Shown: positions 19,000-28,554, counted from the stretch's first letter. The stretch: 64,000 bases of DNA from Candidatus Latescibacterota bacterium (GCA_965203805.1 OZ241917.1:5801458-5865457), one strand, 5' to 3'. The notes: generated by a model from the letters alone, not told the origin. Made by a program: numbers and translations.

Positions 19000-19833
19000 T
19001 CAGATGGGTTCGACGCCGGCCCACGCCGGCAGAAGACGGGCAGTGTTGTTCCACAGGATCTCTTTCTTGACGGCGTCCGGGAGATCGGTTCCCAGCGTCT
19101 TGCCCAGCTGCACGCCAAAATGGCGGATCGGGGCGTCTGAGCCGTAGACGATGCGTTCGGTCCCGATGGTCGCCGCGGCGGCTTCGACGATTCCGCTGTC
19201 CGGGTCTCCTCCGGATGTGTCCACGTGAATGTTCGGACAGTCTGCCACGTCTTCCATGCCGGCCAGACCGCACCCGTTCATGTGAGCCATGATGATGTCG
19301 GCCGCAGGGTGGCGACGCGCCAGGTGCGCCACGTCGGCCGGAATGGATTCACCCACAAGATTGCCGTTGGTCTTGATCCATGCGTGTTGCAGCACGGGAA
19401 CGCCGAATTGTACGGCCCGTTCCAGGATGGGGTCCAGTCCCGGATCCGTAGCGCGGCGGGCAACCCACAACTTGATCCCGCACATACGCTCGCTTTCGAC
19501 GCAGCGGTCGATTTCCGCAACGGATTCGACCGGGTACATCGGATTGACGTAGCAGAAGGGGATAAAGATCTCCGGCGCGACGTCCCGCATCGCCAGAGCA
19601 TAGTCGTTCGCCTGCCTGAACGCTTCAACCGACGGCTCCCGCGGGCAGGTGGTGTGCAGGGAAAAAAGGCACATCTTTTCCACTCCCGAGCGCCTGGCGG
19701 ATTCAATGATCAGGCGCGCGTCTTCCCTGACGTCGGCAATCCTGTAGAGTCCGAAGCAGTCCAGCGGATGCACATGGACGTCCAGGGCCGGGCAGAGCGG
19801 TTGCAGGCGGTTCTTCATTTCGGAAGCCGTCAT
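19000..19833 (-). CDS. Amidohydrolase_2 family protein (paralog A')
   Basis: DVHVH, GIKLW, VLQH, IMAH, VYGSD. Highly similar to 17322-18158. Confidence 0.85.
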   Translation of the reverse strand: MTASEMKNRLQPLCPALDVHVHPLDCFGLYRIADVREDARLIIESARRSGVEKMCLFSLHTTCPREPSVEAFRQANDYALAMRDVAPEIFIPFCYVNPMYPVESVAEIDRCVESERMCGIKLWVARRATDPGLDPILERAVQFGVPVLQHAWIKTNGNLVGESIPADVAHLARRHPAADIIMAHMNGCGLAGMEDVADCPNIHVDTSGGDPDSGIVEAAAATIGTERIVYGSDAPIRHFGVQLGKTLGTDLPDAVKKEILWNNTARLLPAWAGVEPI

Positions 19834-19904
19834 CGCTTTCTCCGGGATGAAGCACAACGTCTAAGAAGCACACGATCCGGTGGGTGCTTTTTTCGATAAA
19901 TCCC

Positions 19905-19933
19905 TTGCCCCCGCAATTCGTCCCATATATAAT
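19905..19933 (+). promoter_or_regulatory. Sigma70-type promoter for the nucleotidyltransferase operon
   Basis: TTGCCC-17bp-TATAAT. Confidence 0.55.
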
Positions 19934-19976
19934 TAACTTGCGCGCAAATGTCAGCAGATTTCGGCACGGGAGGAAG

Positions 19977-20750
19977 ATGAAAGCGATTATCATGGCGGCG
20001 GGTTACGCCACCCGCCTGTACCCGCTGACCCTGAATTTCCCGAAAGGGCTCCTCAAGGTGGGCGGGCGCACGATTGTGGACTATCTGATGGATCAGATCG
20101 AGTCCTTACCCGGGCTCGACGGGGTCTATCTGATAACCAACCGGCGGTTCGCCGGCCACTTCGAGCGGTGGGCGGCAGGGTGGAACGGTCGCCTGAACAT
20201 CGACGTGATCGACGACGGCACCACCTCCAACGAGAACCGGCTGGGGGCGGTGGGGGACATCCGGTTCGCCATTCGCGCGCGGGCGGTATCGGATGATATT
20301 CTGGTGTGCGGATCGGACAATCTGCTTCAATTTCGCCTGAAGGATCTGGTGGCCGACTTCCGCGCGAATCCGGCCGCCCACGTCTGCGTGGGTCGCGTGG
20401 ACGATCCGGAGGACCGCAGGCGCCGCGGCATCGCGGTGCTGGATGCAGACAACCGGGTGGTCAGGTTTGCCGAAAAACCCGATCGGCCGGAGTCGTCCTG
20501 GGGCTCGGCGGCCATCTATGTATATCCCGCGTCGACGCTGACGCGGTTCGACGAATATATCGAGAGCGGCCGGACGCCGGACGCGCCGGGTCACTTTGTG
20601 GAGTGGCTCTGCCAGGTGGAACCCGTCTACGCGCACAGGATTTCCGGCGGCGTGGTCGATATCGGAACTCCGGAAGCTCTGGAGCAGGCCAGGCGCGAGT
20701 ACGGGGGCGCGGGGCGTCGGCCGGTTCAACGCAATCAGTGCGGGCAATGA
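19977..20750 (+). CDS. Sugar-phosphate nucleotidyltransferase family protein
   Basis: MKAIIMAAGYATRLYPLT...PKGLL, FAEKP, DIGT. GGGAGG RBS. Confidence 0.9.
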   Translation: MKAIIMAAGYATRLYPLTLNFPKGLLKVGGRTIVDYLMDQIESLPGLDGVYLITNRRFAGHFERWAAGWNGRLNIDVIDDGTTSNENRLGAVGDIRFAIRARAVSDDILVCGSDNLLQFRLKDLVADFRANPAAHVCVGRVDDPEDRRRRGIAVLDADNRVVRFAEKPDRPESSWGSAAIYVYPASTLTRFDEYIESGRTPDAPGHFVEWLCQVEPVYAHRISGGVVDIGTPEALEQARREYGGAGRRPVQRNQCGQ

Positions 20751-22240
20751 CCATGTTTCATCTGATTCACCAAATGCGGTTCATTCATTCGAAGGCGGAG
20801 AAGGTGCTCAGGGGCGTATTCGCACTGCTTCTGATTCCGGTTGCGGCGTATGCCCACAGCCTCGGGGCGGATTTCGACGGGGACGGCGAAGTCGGCTTCG
20901 CGGATTTTCTGCTGTTTGCCGAAGCGTACGGGTCCACGAACGTCCGCTTCGATCTGAACGACGATGGAAATGTGGATTTCAACGACTTTCTGCTGTTCGC
21001 GGCGGACTTCGGCAGGGTGACGAATGAGGAGGGGGATACGGACGTCGGGGGCGTCCGCTCCACGTTCGAGGCGATACAGGACCACATATTCAATGAAAGC
21101 TGCATCAGCAGTTCCTGCCACAGTTCGGCGTGGGCGGCCGCCGGACTTTCGCTCGAACCCGACGTGGCATATGAGCAACTGGTGGGGCGGGTGCCGCAGA
21201 ACGCGAAGGCGCGGGAAGAAGGGATGCTGCTGGTCACGGCGGGGGATCCCGGAAAGAGCTTTCTGATCACGAAGCTGACCGGGTCCGGGGTGGGGTACGG
21301 CGATCGGATGCCCAGGTCGTATTCCAGTCTGAGCGGTGTCGCGATCGACGCGGTCCGCGCGTGGGTCGCGGCCGGTGCGCCCCGGGACAGCGTGGTGGCG
21401 GACGCGCCCGATCTGGACAGGGTCCTGCACAGGACGGAGTTCCACTTCCAGCCGCCCGCGCCGCCACGGCGGGGAATTCAGCTTCACCTGGAACCCTTCG
21501 CGGTCGCGCCGCGTTCGGAGCGTGAGATATTCTCAACCACCCGGCTCGGGGTCGTGGAAGACCTGATGGTGAACAGGATCGAGGTGGCGCAGCCGGAGGG
21601 CAGCCATCACTTCATTCTCTACCAGGCGACCGACGAAAACCCGCCCCCGCCGGGTATTCGCGACCTGGATCCGATTGAAGCTCTCGGGATCTTCCGGAAA
21701 CGGTTTGTCGTGGGCAGCCAGTCTCCGAAGGCGGAGTTCGAATTCCCCGAGGGCATTGCAATTCCGATGCCTGCCGACGCGGCCTACGAGCTGAACTCTC
21801 ATTTCGTGAACACCTCGGGGGAGAACACGCTCATCGGCGAGGTCTACGTCAATCTGCACACGATACCCGCCGACAGCGTCAGGGAGGTGGCAAAGCCCAT
21901 CTTCATCAGCAATTTCGGCATATCCGTTCCGCCGGGTCGAACGGAGACCACCGCGCGTGACTGGACGCTGGAGCGCGACGTCAACGTGATCATGCTGTCC
22001 TCGCACATGCATCGCCATGGCAGGCGATTCGATATCTTCCTGGGCGAGGAACGCATCTACCGGAACGAGGAATGGGACGAGCCGGTGACACTCGTATTCA
22101 ATCCCGCGCTCGAGGTCAAGGCGGGAGAGCGGGTGAGGTTCGAGTGCACGCACGAAAACGACGACAAGGACTTCACAATCCGCTTCGGATTCACCGCCGA
22201 GAACGACGAAATGTGCATTATGCTGGGATATTACTATTAA
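20747..22240 (+). CDS. Secreted multidomain protein: EF-hand/dockerin-like + cytochrome c-like + copper type II monooxygenase-like domains
   Basis: Signal-like hydrophobic stretch, DFDGDGEVGFADF and DLNDDGNVDFNDF, CISSSCH with later RMP, then SHH, NSHF, HMH and EMC. ATGA overlap with the upstream gene. Confidence 0.7.
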   Translation: MTMFHLIHQMRFIHSKAEKVLRGVFALLLIPVAAYAHSLGADFDGDGEVGFADFLLFAEAYGSTNVRFDLNDDGNVDFNDFLLFAADFGRVTNEEGDTDVGGVRSTFEAIQDHIFNESCISSSCHSSAWAAAGLSLEPDVAYEQLVGRVPQNAKAREEGMLLVTAGDPGKSFLITKLTGSGVGYGDRMPRSYSSLSGVAIDAVRAWVAAGAPRDSVVADAPDLDRVLHRTEFHFQPPAPPRRGIQLHLEPFAVAPRSEREIFSTTRLGVVEDLMVNRIEVAQPEGSHHFILYQATDENPPPPGIRDLDPIEALGIFRKRFVVGSQSPKAEFEFPEGIAIPMPADAAYELNSHFVNTSGENTLIGEVYVNLHTIPADSVREVAKPIFISNFGISVPPGRTETTARDWTLERDVNVIMLSSHMHRHGRRFDIFLGEERIYRNEEWDEPVTLVFNPALEVKAGERVRFECTHENDDKDFTIRFGFTAENDEMCIMLGYYY

Positions 22241-23076
22241 GCGGGCCGGGAACGGCCTGCCTGCGAAGGATGGATGCCGGAGGCAGACAAAGGCGGTCGG
22301 CGTCCCTGCGCGACGTTCCTCATGACCTCGTCGAACAAAGCCCCGTTGGTGGAAATGGCTTCGCCGCCCGCGATGGTCGCGTTTCCGCTCCAGTCGGTAA
22401 AGGTGCCGCCCGCTTCTTCCAGAATGGGCTGAAGCGCGGCGCAGTCCCACACGGCCATAATGGGGTCCAGCATGATCTCGGCGCGGCCGGTGGCGACCAG
22501 GATGTGTCCGTAGCAGTCCCCCCACCCCCTGCAATAGGCGACTTTTCCCGCGAGGTTTCGGTACGCGCCATCCCTGCCGTATTCGGCGAACGACTCAAAG
22601 TCGGTGGCGCACAGGAGAGCGTCTTCCAGGCGTGAGACCGTGGAGACGCTCGCAGGACGGCCGTTCCAGGTGCAGCCCGAGCCCCTGGCCGCGCAGACCA
22701 TCTCGTTCATGGCCGGAAGGTGGACCACGCCGACGGACGGGACGCCATCGATTTCCACGCAGATCATCACGCCGTAGAGCGGAACGCCGTGAACGAACGA
22801 CTTCGTACCGTCAATCGGGTCGATGATCCAGCGGCGGCCGGTGCGGCCGGCGTGATCTCCAAACTCTTCGCCGACGATGGCGTCGTCTGGAAAACGGTCC
22901 CTTATCAGCCCGGCGATCCCTCGTTCCGCGGCGCGGTCGGCTTCGGTAACGGGGCTGTCGTCGGACTTTTTGTCGATTCGAACACCGGTCTGAAAGTAAC
23001 GCAGGGTAATGCGTCCGGCCTGCCAGGCCGCATGGGTGCTGAAGGCCAGGAGATCCTGGAGAGACGGCTCTGCCAT
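22237..23076 (-). CDS. hisN: Inositol monophosphatase family, probable histidinol-phosphate phosphatase
   Basis: DDSPVTEAD, GEE, WIIDPIDGTKSF, RGWGDCYG, WDCAA. Confidence 0.75.
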   Translation of the reverse strand: MAEPSLQDLLAFSTHAAWQAGRITLRYFQTGVRIDKKSDDSPVTEADRAAERGIAGLIRDRFPDDAIVGEEFGDHAGRTGRRWIIDPIDGTKSFVHGVPLYGVMICVEIDGVPSVGVVHLPAMNEMVCAARGSGCTWNGRPASVSTVSRLEDALLCATDFESFAEYGRDGAYRNLAGKVAYCRGWGDCYGHILVATGRAEIMLDPIMAVWDCAALQPILEEAGGTFTDWSGNATIAGGEAISTNGALFDEVMRNVAQGRRPPLSASGIHPSQAGRSRPA

Positions 23077-23237
23077 GGGCGTTCCTTTCTCTGCAGTGCG
23101 AAGATGCATGCCCGTGTCGGGTTTACCGAGTTCCCGCGGCGTGCCGGAGACGAAGTTCCTCCGTTCCTGGCTGGAATGTATGCAGGCGTCCGCAGGAAGT
23201 CAAGTCGACGCCGGCAACGGACTGCCCGGAGTTCCGC

Positions 23238-23266
23238 TTGCATTTTCAGAACGGAATGTTTATATT
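23238..23266 (+). promoter_or_regulatory. Sigma70-type promoter
   Basis: TTGCAT-17bp-TATATT. Confidence 0.55.
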
Positions 23267-23271
23267 TGTTC

Positions 23272-23411
23272 GTGGAGGCTGGATCTTCAGGATTCAACCT
23301 CTAAAAGTGCCTTGAATCTACGGAAGGGTGACCCAACCGGAAGTTATTCCACAGGTACCTGTGGAACTTCGTCAATAATTTTCGGCGCCTGGTAGGTTAG
23401 GCGCTTTTTTT
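23272..23411 (+). ncRNA. Candidate orphan structured sRNA or attenuator leader (about 140 nt)
   Basis: Lies between a promoter and an intrinsic terminator, contains several hairpins, is locally AT-rich, and has no convincing ORF. Confidence 0.45.
23384..23411 (+). terminator. Intrinsic terminator
   Basis: GGCGCCT-GGTAGGTT-AGGCGC followed by T7. Confidence 0.7.
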
Positions 23412-23523
23412 ATCTCCATGCGTGGTGCGGCCGGCAGGCCGGGGCGCAAGGATGGTTTGGCGCACGGTGGTCCCGCGGACTCGTGACGGGACAGCTCGTG
23501 ACGTGGTCGGAAGGGACGGACAG

Positions 23524-24297
23524 ATGCTGAACGTCGAGATTGTGGAACCTGCGGAAGTACGGAAGGCGACCCGGATCTTCCACCGGGACGGATTTGTCGT
23601 GATGCGAAATGCCCTGACGGCCGAACAGTTGGCTTACGCGAGGTCGGGGGCGGAACGCGTGATCGCGGAACAGACCGCGGCCATTCCGCTCGAGGACGCG
23701 AACCGCGGGTACGCGCGTTACTCTTTCGGACCTCAACTCCACCATCCGGAATGGGCCCAACTGATTGATTTACAAACGGTTTTGCCGGTTTTGGAAGCAA
23801 TATGGGGAAGCAGTGATTTCCACTGCTGGGGCGGCGGAGGAGATTATTCTCTGCCCGGCGCAAAAATCCATAAACTGCACGCGGATATCACCGACATGCT
23901 CCACGACCCCCAGGGACGGGTGAACGTGATGGACCTGCCCACGCCGGTTATCGTGGTGAATTTCCCCATGGTGGATTTCAGGGAGATCAATGGCGCGACG
24001 CGGTATGTCCCCGCCACCCACCGCAACCGGGATCCGGCGCCGGGGCTTGAGGAGGAGCCGGATTGGATGAAACGGTCGATTGTCTGCGGACCTGCCGGAG
24101 GGGCGGTGATTCGTGATATCCGGTGCTGGCACGGGGGCACGGCCAACAGGTCGGACGAGGTGCGCGCAATGACCAGCGTGGGCTATGGGGCGCCATGGTT
24201 TCTGTGGCTCAGGAAGGAGATGCCCCTGCCCCGGAACGTGTACGATACCCTGTCGGACAGGGCGAAGGGACTGACGCGCTTCATCGTGGACGTCTGA
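23524..24297 (+). CDS. Phytanoyl-CoA dioxygenase (PhyH) family Fe(II)/2OG oxygenase
   Basis: FHRDGFVV, LHAD, NGATRYVPATH, WHGGTANRS..R. Confidence 0.85.
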   Translation: MLNVEIVEPAEVRKATRIFHRDGFVVMRNALTAEQLAYARSGAERVIAEQTAAIPLEDANRGYARYSFGPQLHHPEWAQLIDLQTVLPVLEAIWGSSDFHCWGGGGDYSLPGAKIHKLHADITDMLHDPQGRVNVMDLPTPVIVVNFPMVDFREINGATRYVPATHRNRDPAPGLEEEPDWMKRSIVCGPAGGAVIRDIRCWHGGTANRSDEVRAMTSVGYGAPWFLWLRKEMPLPRNVYDTLSDRAKGLTRFIVDV

Positions 24298-24446
24298 TCG
24301 GGACGGAGTGGGTACCCGGGCCGACGGAGACGGATCGCATCACGTTGATGACAGTGGCTTTCGGGCTTTGCGGCGCCTTTTCCGGACGAATGGAAACCGG
24401 GCGCATAAGCGGGGCGCAACTTCGGTTGCGTCCCGCTTTTCTTTCG

Positions 24447-25466
24447 TCAGGCGGCATATCCGATTTCTTGCAATGAGACCTGCTTCCCGGTGTTGTGCGC
24501 TCTGCCGGCCGCCTCGGAGACCGCAACGCTTTCCAGGATTTCCGGGTAGGGAACCGGGGACTGGCGGGTTTCAACCATTTTTCGGATCAGTCTGATATTC
24601 TCGTATGCGCCGTAGGGAAAGACGTAGTCGCCAAGAGGCGCTGAATGGATGTCGCCCATATTTCCATATGCGCTGGCGTAGAAAGCGCAGTGATAGGTAT
24701 CTCCCGTGTCGCAGCAAAGCAGCGCCCCGCGTCGGGGAAAGCGGGGTTCGTCAGGGTAGATGAGGTGCATGAAGCCGCCCGTGTTTTCTCCCATGGATTC
24801 CACGGCGCGCACGCCTGTTCCGAACAGGTTCTGAGCCAGGCAGATGGCGTGGATCTGACCGGCCAGCGAGGGGCCTCCCCCGCGGATGGAAACGAACTCC
24901 AGATTGCCCACTTCCTGCAGGCGGGCGGCGAACTGCCTGGCCTGCGGGAGGGTGTTCAGGATTGAACGTGAAAGCATCGGGGCATTGCGCCTGCGCGCCA
25001 GGTCGACGATGGCGTTGGCGTTTTCCAGGTTGTTCGCGAGCGGTTTGTCGATAAAGGTGGGTACGCCTTTTTCGAGGCCCGGCCGGGCCAGTTCGAGATG
25101 GTCGGCGCCGTCGTAGTTGCAGTCCGCGACCAGTACAAGGTCCACGTCGTCCGAAACTTCGTGAACATGGTCGCATACCCGCGGCCGTGACGTGAAGACT
25201 TCCGCAAAGACCTCTCCCACGCCGGCGTGTTCGTCCCAGACGCGGGAGATTTCGAATTCGTGCAGGCAGGGCACGGTCATGCGTTCGGGATCGCTGTAGA
25301 ACGTATAGAAATAGAAGTGGGCCCCGCCGGTCATCCAGCTGTAGGGCGCCCCGGCGCTGTCTTCCATGGGTTTCTGCAGGCGAAGGGGCGCGTGTTCGGC
25401 CATCAGCGCGCCGTAATACATCCCATGCATGTCGCAGCGGATCAGACCGACTCGGATTTTCTCCAT
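24447..25466 (-). CDS. Gfo/Idh/MocA-like oxidoreductase
   Basis: KIRVGLI...H, HLELARPGLEKGVPTFIDKP. Confidence 0.7.
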   Translation of the reverse strand: MEKIRVGLIRCDMHGMYYGALMAEHAPLRLQKPMEDSAGAPYSWMTGGAHFYFYTFYSDPERMTVPCLHEFEISRVWDEHAGVGEVFAEVFTSRPRVCDHVHEVSDDVDLVLVADCNYDGADHLELARPGLEKGVPTFIDKPLANNLENANAIVDLARRRNAPMLSRSILNTLPQARQFAARLQEVGNLEFVSIRGGGPSLAGQIHAICLAQNLFGTGVRAVESMGENTGGFMHLIYPDEPRFPRRGALLCCDTGDTYHCAFYASAYGNMGDIHSAPLGDYVFPYGAYENIRLIRKMVETRQSPVPYPEILESVAVSEAAGRAHNTGKQVSLQEIGYAA

Positions 25467-25583
25467 GACCAATCTCCTCGAAACCGCGCCTCGAACGCGC
25501 ACGACGAAGAACAAATGACGCCTCCGTCACCCGGGAGCGCGTAAAGTATGAAAGAAAAATCGGGAAGACAAGGATTTTTCTTC

Positions 25584-25612
25584 TTGATTACTGAACAAAT
25601 GTTCAGTATATT
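25584..25612 (+). promoter_or_regulatory. Sigma70 promoter with an overlapping palindromic operator (LexA-like GAAC-N4-GTTC)
   Basis: TTGATT-17bp-TATATT, with the spacer occupied by TACTGAAC-AAAT-GTTCAGTA (25589-25608). Confidence 0.65.
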
Positions 25613-25698
25613 GATGGGTACTGAAGGACAATACGCGCTCCACGCCACATGGTCCCTTTACAACAGGTCGGGTACCTTCAGTTCACGGAGGCCGGTTC

Positions 25699-26556
25699 AT
25701 GTCTGCTGCTCGAACACCCGGGGTTCGTCTCACGTCTGATGAAAGATCGCTGGAATATTATTACAGGGAGGTGGATCGCCACCCGCGAATCGACTCGGCC
25801 GCGGAAAGGGAACTTGCGGCCAGGATCGAGACAGGAGATGAAGCGGCGCTCGAGGCGCTTGTCAATGCCAACCTTCGCTTTGTCATTCATATCGCCAGGG
25901 GGTACCGGAACCAGGGTCTGTCGATGGGAGATCTCATCAACGAGGGCAATTACGGGCTGCTGCGGGCCGCGCGAAAATTCGATCGCCGCAAGGATTGCAG
26001 GTTCATCACCTATGCCGTCTGGTGGATCCGGCAGCATATTCTCAAGGCCCTGGACGTCCAGACCCGTCCCGTCCGCCTTCCTGCCAGCGTGCTGAACGAT
26101 TTCGGCCGCTTCAGCAAGACCGAGGCGCGCCTCGTGCAGCACCTGGAGCGAGTCCCCGCGCCGGAAGAGGTCGCTGCCCGGTCCGGTCTGTCGGCCCGGC
26201 GGTTGAAACGCTGTCTGGATGCAGGCACAAATGTCATATCGATGGACTCGACCTGCGCCGGCGACGGCCTGAGCCTTGCGGAGACGCTGCCGGACACGTG
26301 CGCCCCAATGGCCGACGAAGCCTTCGATGAGGGGCGCAGGGCCCGTGCCCTCATGGAAACGCTGAATGGACTTTCTGAACGGCACCGCAAGATCCTGACG
26401 CTTTATTTCGGGATGCTCGGAGAGGAACCTGCTACGTACCAGGAGATTGGCCGCCGGATGGGCATCAGCCGCGAACGGGTGAGGCAGTTGAAAGAGGATG
26501 CATTCGGAAAATTGCGGCACCCGTCGATTCGGAGGCGCCTCGAGGCGTATCTGTAG
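25699..26556 (+). CDS. Sigma-70 family alternative sigma factor (RpoD/RpoS-like, no region 1.1)
   Basis: LVNANLRFVIHIA, DLINEGNYGL, RFITYAVWWIRQ, ISRERVRQL. Confidence 0.92.
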   Translation: MSAARTPGVRLTSDERSLEYYYREVDRHPRIDSAAERELAARIETGDEAALEALVNANLRFVIHIARGYRNQGLSMGDLINEGNYGLLRAARKFDRRKDCRFITYAVWWIRQHILKALDVQTRPVRLPASVLNDFGRFSKTEARLVQHLERVPAPEEVAARSGLSARRLKRCLDAGTNVISMDSTCAGDGLSLAETLPDTCAPMADEAFDEGRRARALMETLNGLSERHRKILTLYFGMLGEEPATYQEIGRRMGISRERVRQLKEDAFGKLRHPSIRRRLEAYL

Positions 26557-26792
26557 TATGGATAGGTGCGTTATCCCGGTTTCCTGATTGCGGTGTCCAT
26601 GTGCGTGTGAACGGGTCGCGGCAATGCCGCGGCCCGTCTTTTCTGTCTGATAACTGCACCGAGATACCCGCTCGACCCGTTCCCCGCCACACGTTTCCGG
26701 ACGTTTGCGCTTGACGGATTGCGGGAAATGCTTCAACTTATATTCGAATTCCGTTCGCACCGTTTTCCACATTTTCTGAAGGCCGTCTGCCT

Positions 26793-27578
26793 GTGCCGGT
26801 CGTTATTTCTGCGATTCTGGGCGCCCTGGTTTTGATATGGGGCGGGGTTTTTGCGCTTATCCGCTGGGTGAAACCGCTGTCGCAAAAGCACCTGCTGGGT
26901 TTTGCCGGCTATGCGAGCGTCGTGTCCGGGCTGTCGGTCTTTCTCGTGGTCCAGACGGCGCTTCAGCAGCAGGACGTGGCGATGAAGGACACCCGCGAAC
27001 GACTGGACAGGACGGTGGATACGTTCCGCGAGAAGCTGGACGAGCAGGGCGCGAAACTCCTGGACCGGACCATGGAAAAGGTGGACCTGACCAGGTCCGA
27101 GTGGGAAGTGCGTGCGGACCTGCAGGAGGAGCGATCGCGCCACGCGCGCACGAATGCGGACCTGCGGGATACCCGAACCCGGCTTCAGGGCACGGAGGCG
27201 GCGTTGACAGACGAAGTGAACGCCCGCAACGCCTTCTCGGACAGCCTGAATACCGAACGCGCGCTGAGGCGGAACTCGGAGGCGCAACTGGCCAGGGAGG
27301 GGGCGGGCCACAAGGCAACACTCGGAGAGCTCGCCCGTGCGCGTGAAAAGCTGGCGGCCGCCGAGGCGCGCGTGGAACGGCAGAAAGAGGAGTTGGCCAA
27401 GCTGCGCACGTCCCTGCAGCGCGCCGAGCAGAGGGTTCGGGACGCGTTGAGGAACGCGTCCACGGCACAGAATGACCTCATCGAAACCATGATCAGGCAG
27501 GTCAAGGCGGCTCAGACCCTGCAGGCTGCCGTAGACTCCATCTACGGCAAGGTGATGAAACGCCCGCGGAATCCGTAA
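26793..27578 (+). CDS. Membrane-anchored (2 TM) long coiled-coil protein
   Basis: Two N-terminal hydrophobic helices followed by about 200 aa of heptad-rich sequence. Confidence 0.7.
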   Translation: MPVVISAILGALVLIWGGVFALIRWVKPLSQKHLLGFAGYASVVSGLSVFLVVQTALQQQDVAMKDTRERLDRTVDTFREKLDEQGAKLLDRTMEKVDLTRSEWEVRADLQEERSRHARTNADLRDTRTRLQGTEAALTDEVNARNAFSDSLNTERALRRNSEAQLAREGAGHKATLGELARAREKLAAAEARVERQKEELAKLRTSLQRAEQRVRDALRNASTAQNDLIETMIRQVKAAQTLQAAVDSIYGKVMKRPRNP

Positions 27579-27664
27579 GCTGTTACGGGGCGGGTGGGAA
27601 CACAGATTTCGATACACACCACCGCGGTTCACCCGGCGTGAATCCGCCCAATTCGGAGGCTGAC

Positions 27665-28531
27665 GTGAACAAAGGACCCGATCCATCCGGCGAAAGGAAG
27701 CGTATCGTTATCGCTGTCGGTTTTCTGGCGGCATTGCTGGTCATTCTCTTGTTGACGGTCTGGAAACCCGATACGGTTCCGGAAGTCGACCCGCAGGTTG
27801 TGCAACTGGAGAGCGATATCGCTCTATATTCCGGCCAGATCGATTCGCTGAACGCACTCGTGGATGAAATGGACTCGCGTATCGATGCGATGCGCGCCCA
27901 CGTGGACAGCGCAAAGGTGTCCAACAGGAAACTCCTTACGTCGCTTCACAGGGTCACAAGCGAAATGAAGGAGTACCAGGCGCTCTACCGCAGACAGAAG
28001 GCGATGAACGAAAAGCTGGTAGCCGAGCTCAAACAGATGAGAGGGGAAAAAGACGCGGCAACGGCAGCGGTCCGGGAGTTGAAGATAGAGGTCGACACGC
28101 TGAACAAATTGCTGCACGACAAGACGACCCGCCTCATCAGATTGGAGTCCAGCCTCAAGGAGGCCGTCGAGCAGGCGCAGTCCATGCAGGAGACCGCCAC
28201 GTCCGTGCTGGTATATGTCGGTACGGAAGACTCGCTGAAGAAGGCAGGGTATCTGAAGACGTCGCGGGGTTTTACCATCAGGAAGAATTACAGACTTGTC
28301 GGCTTTCCCGACGTGACCGACGAACAGAGCCTGGATACCGTCAAGAGGGTGTCCATCGGCGCGACAGTCGCGGTTCCGGGCGAACTGGCGGCGCTTTGCG
28401 ACCGGCACGGCAAGCTGAGCAAACGAAAGGAATACCGGGCCAGCAAAGGGCCCGAAGGGCAGACGATGGTCACGTTCTGGGACTCAACGTTGATGGGTCA
28501 GCGCGTGCTGGCAGTGATCAGGAGAAAATAA
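27665..28531 (+). CDS. Single-TM coiled-coil protein with a C-terminal globular domain
   Basis: TM IVIAVGFLAALLVILLL, coiled coil, then VYVGTEDSLKKAG. GGAGG precedes GTG at 27665. Confidence 0.7.
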   Translation: MNKGPDPSGERKRIVIAVGFLAALLVILLLTVWKPDTVPEVDPQVVQLESDIALYSGQIDSLNALVDEMDSRIDAMRAHVDSAKVSNRKLLTSLHRVTSEMKEYQALYRRQKAMNEKLVAELKQMRGEKDAATAAVRELKIEVDTLNKLLHDKTTRLIRLESSLKEAVEQAQSMQETATSVLVYVGTEDSLKKAGYLKTSRGFTIRKNYRLVGFPDVTDEQSLDTVKRVSIGATVAVPGELAALCDRHGKLSKRKEYRASKGPEGQTMVTFWDSTLMGQRVLAVIRRK

Positions 28532-28554
28532 GCCGTGGACTCCCGGAGCGCGAG

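Noticed and set aside
20306-20746. N-terminal 147 aa of the 644-aa ORF
   Set aside because: An out-of-frame overlap with the nucleotidyltransferase. The ATGA coupling at 20747 and the signal peptide indicate the real start.
23344-23366. DnaA boxes or oriC
   Set aside because: TATTCCACA deviates from TTATCCACA, there is no box cluster, and no dnaA context.
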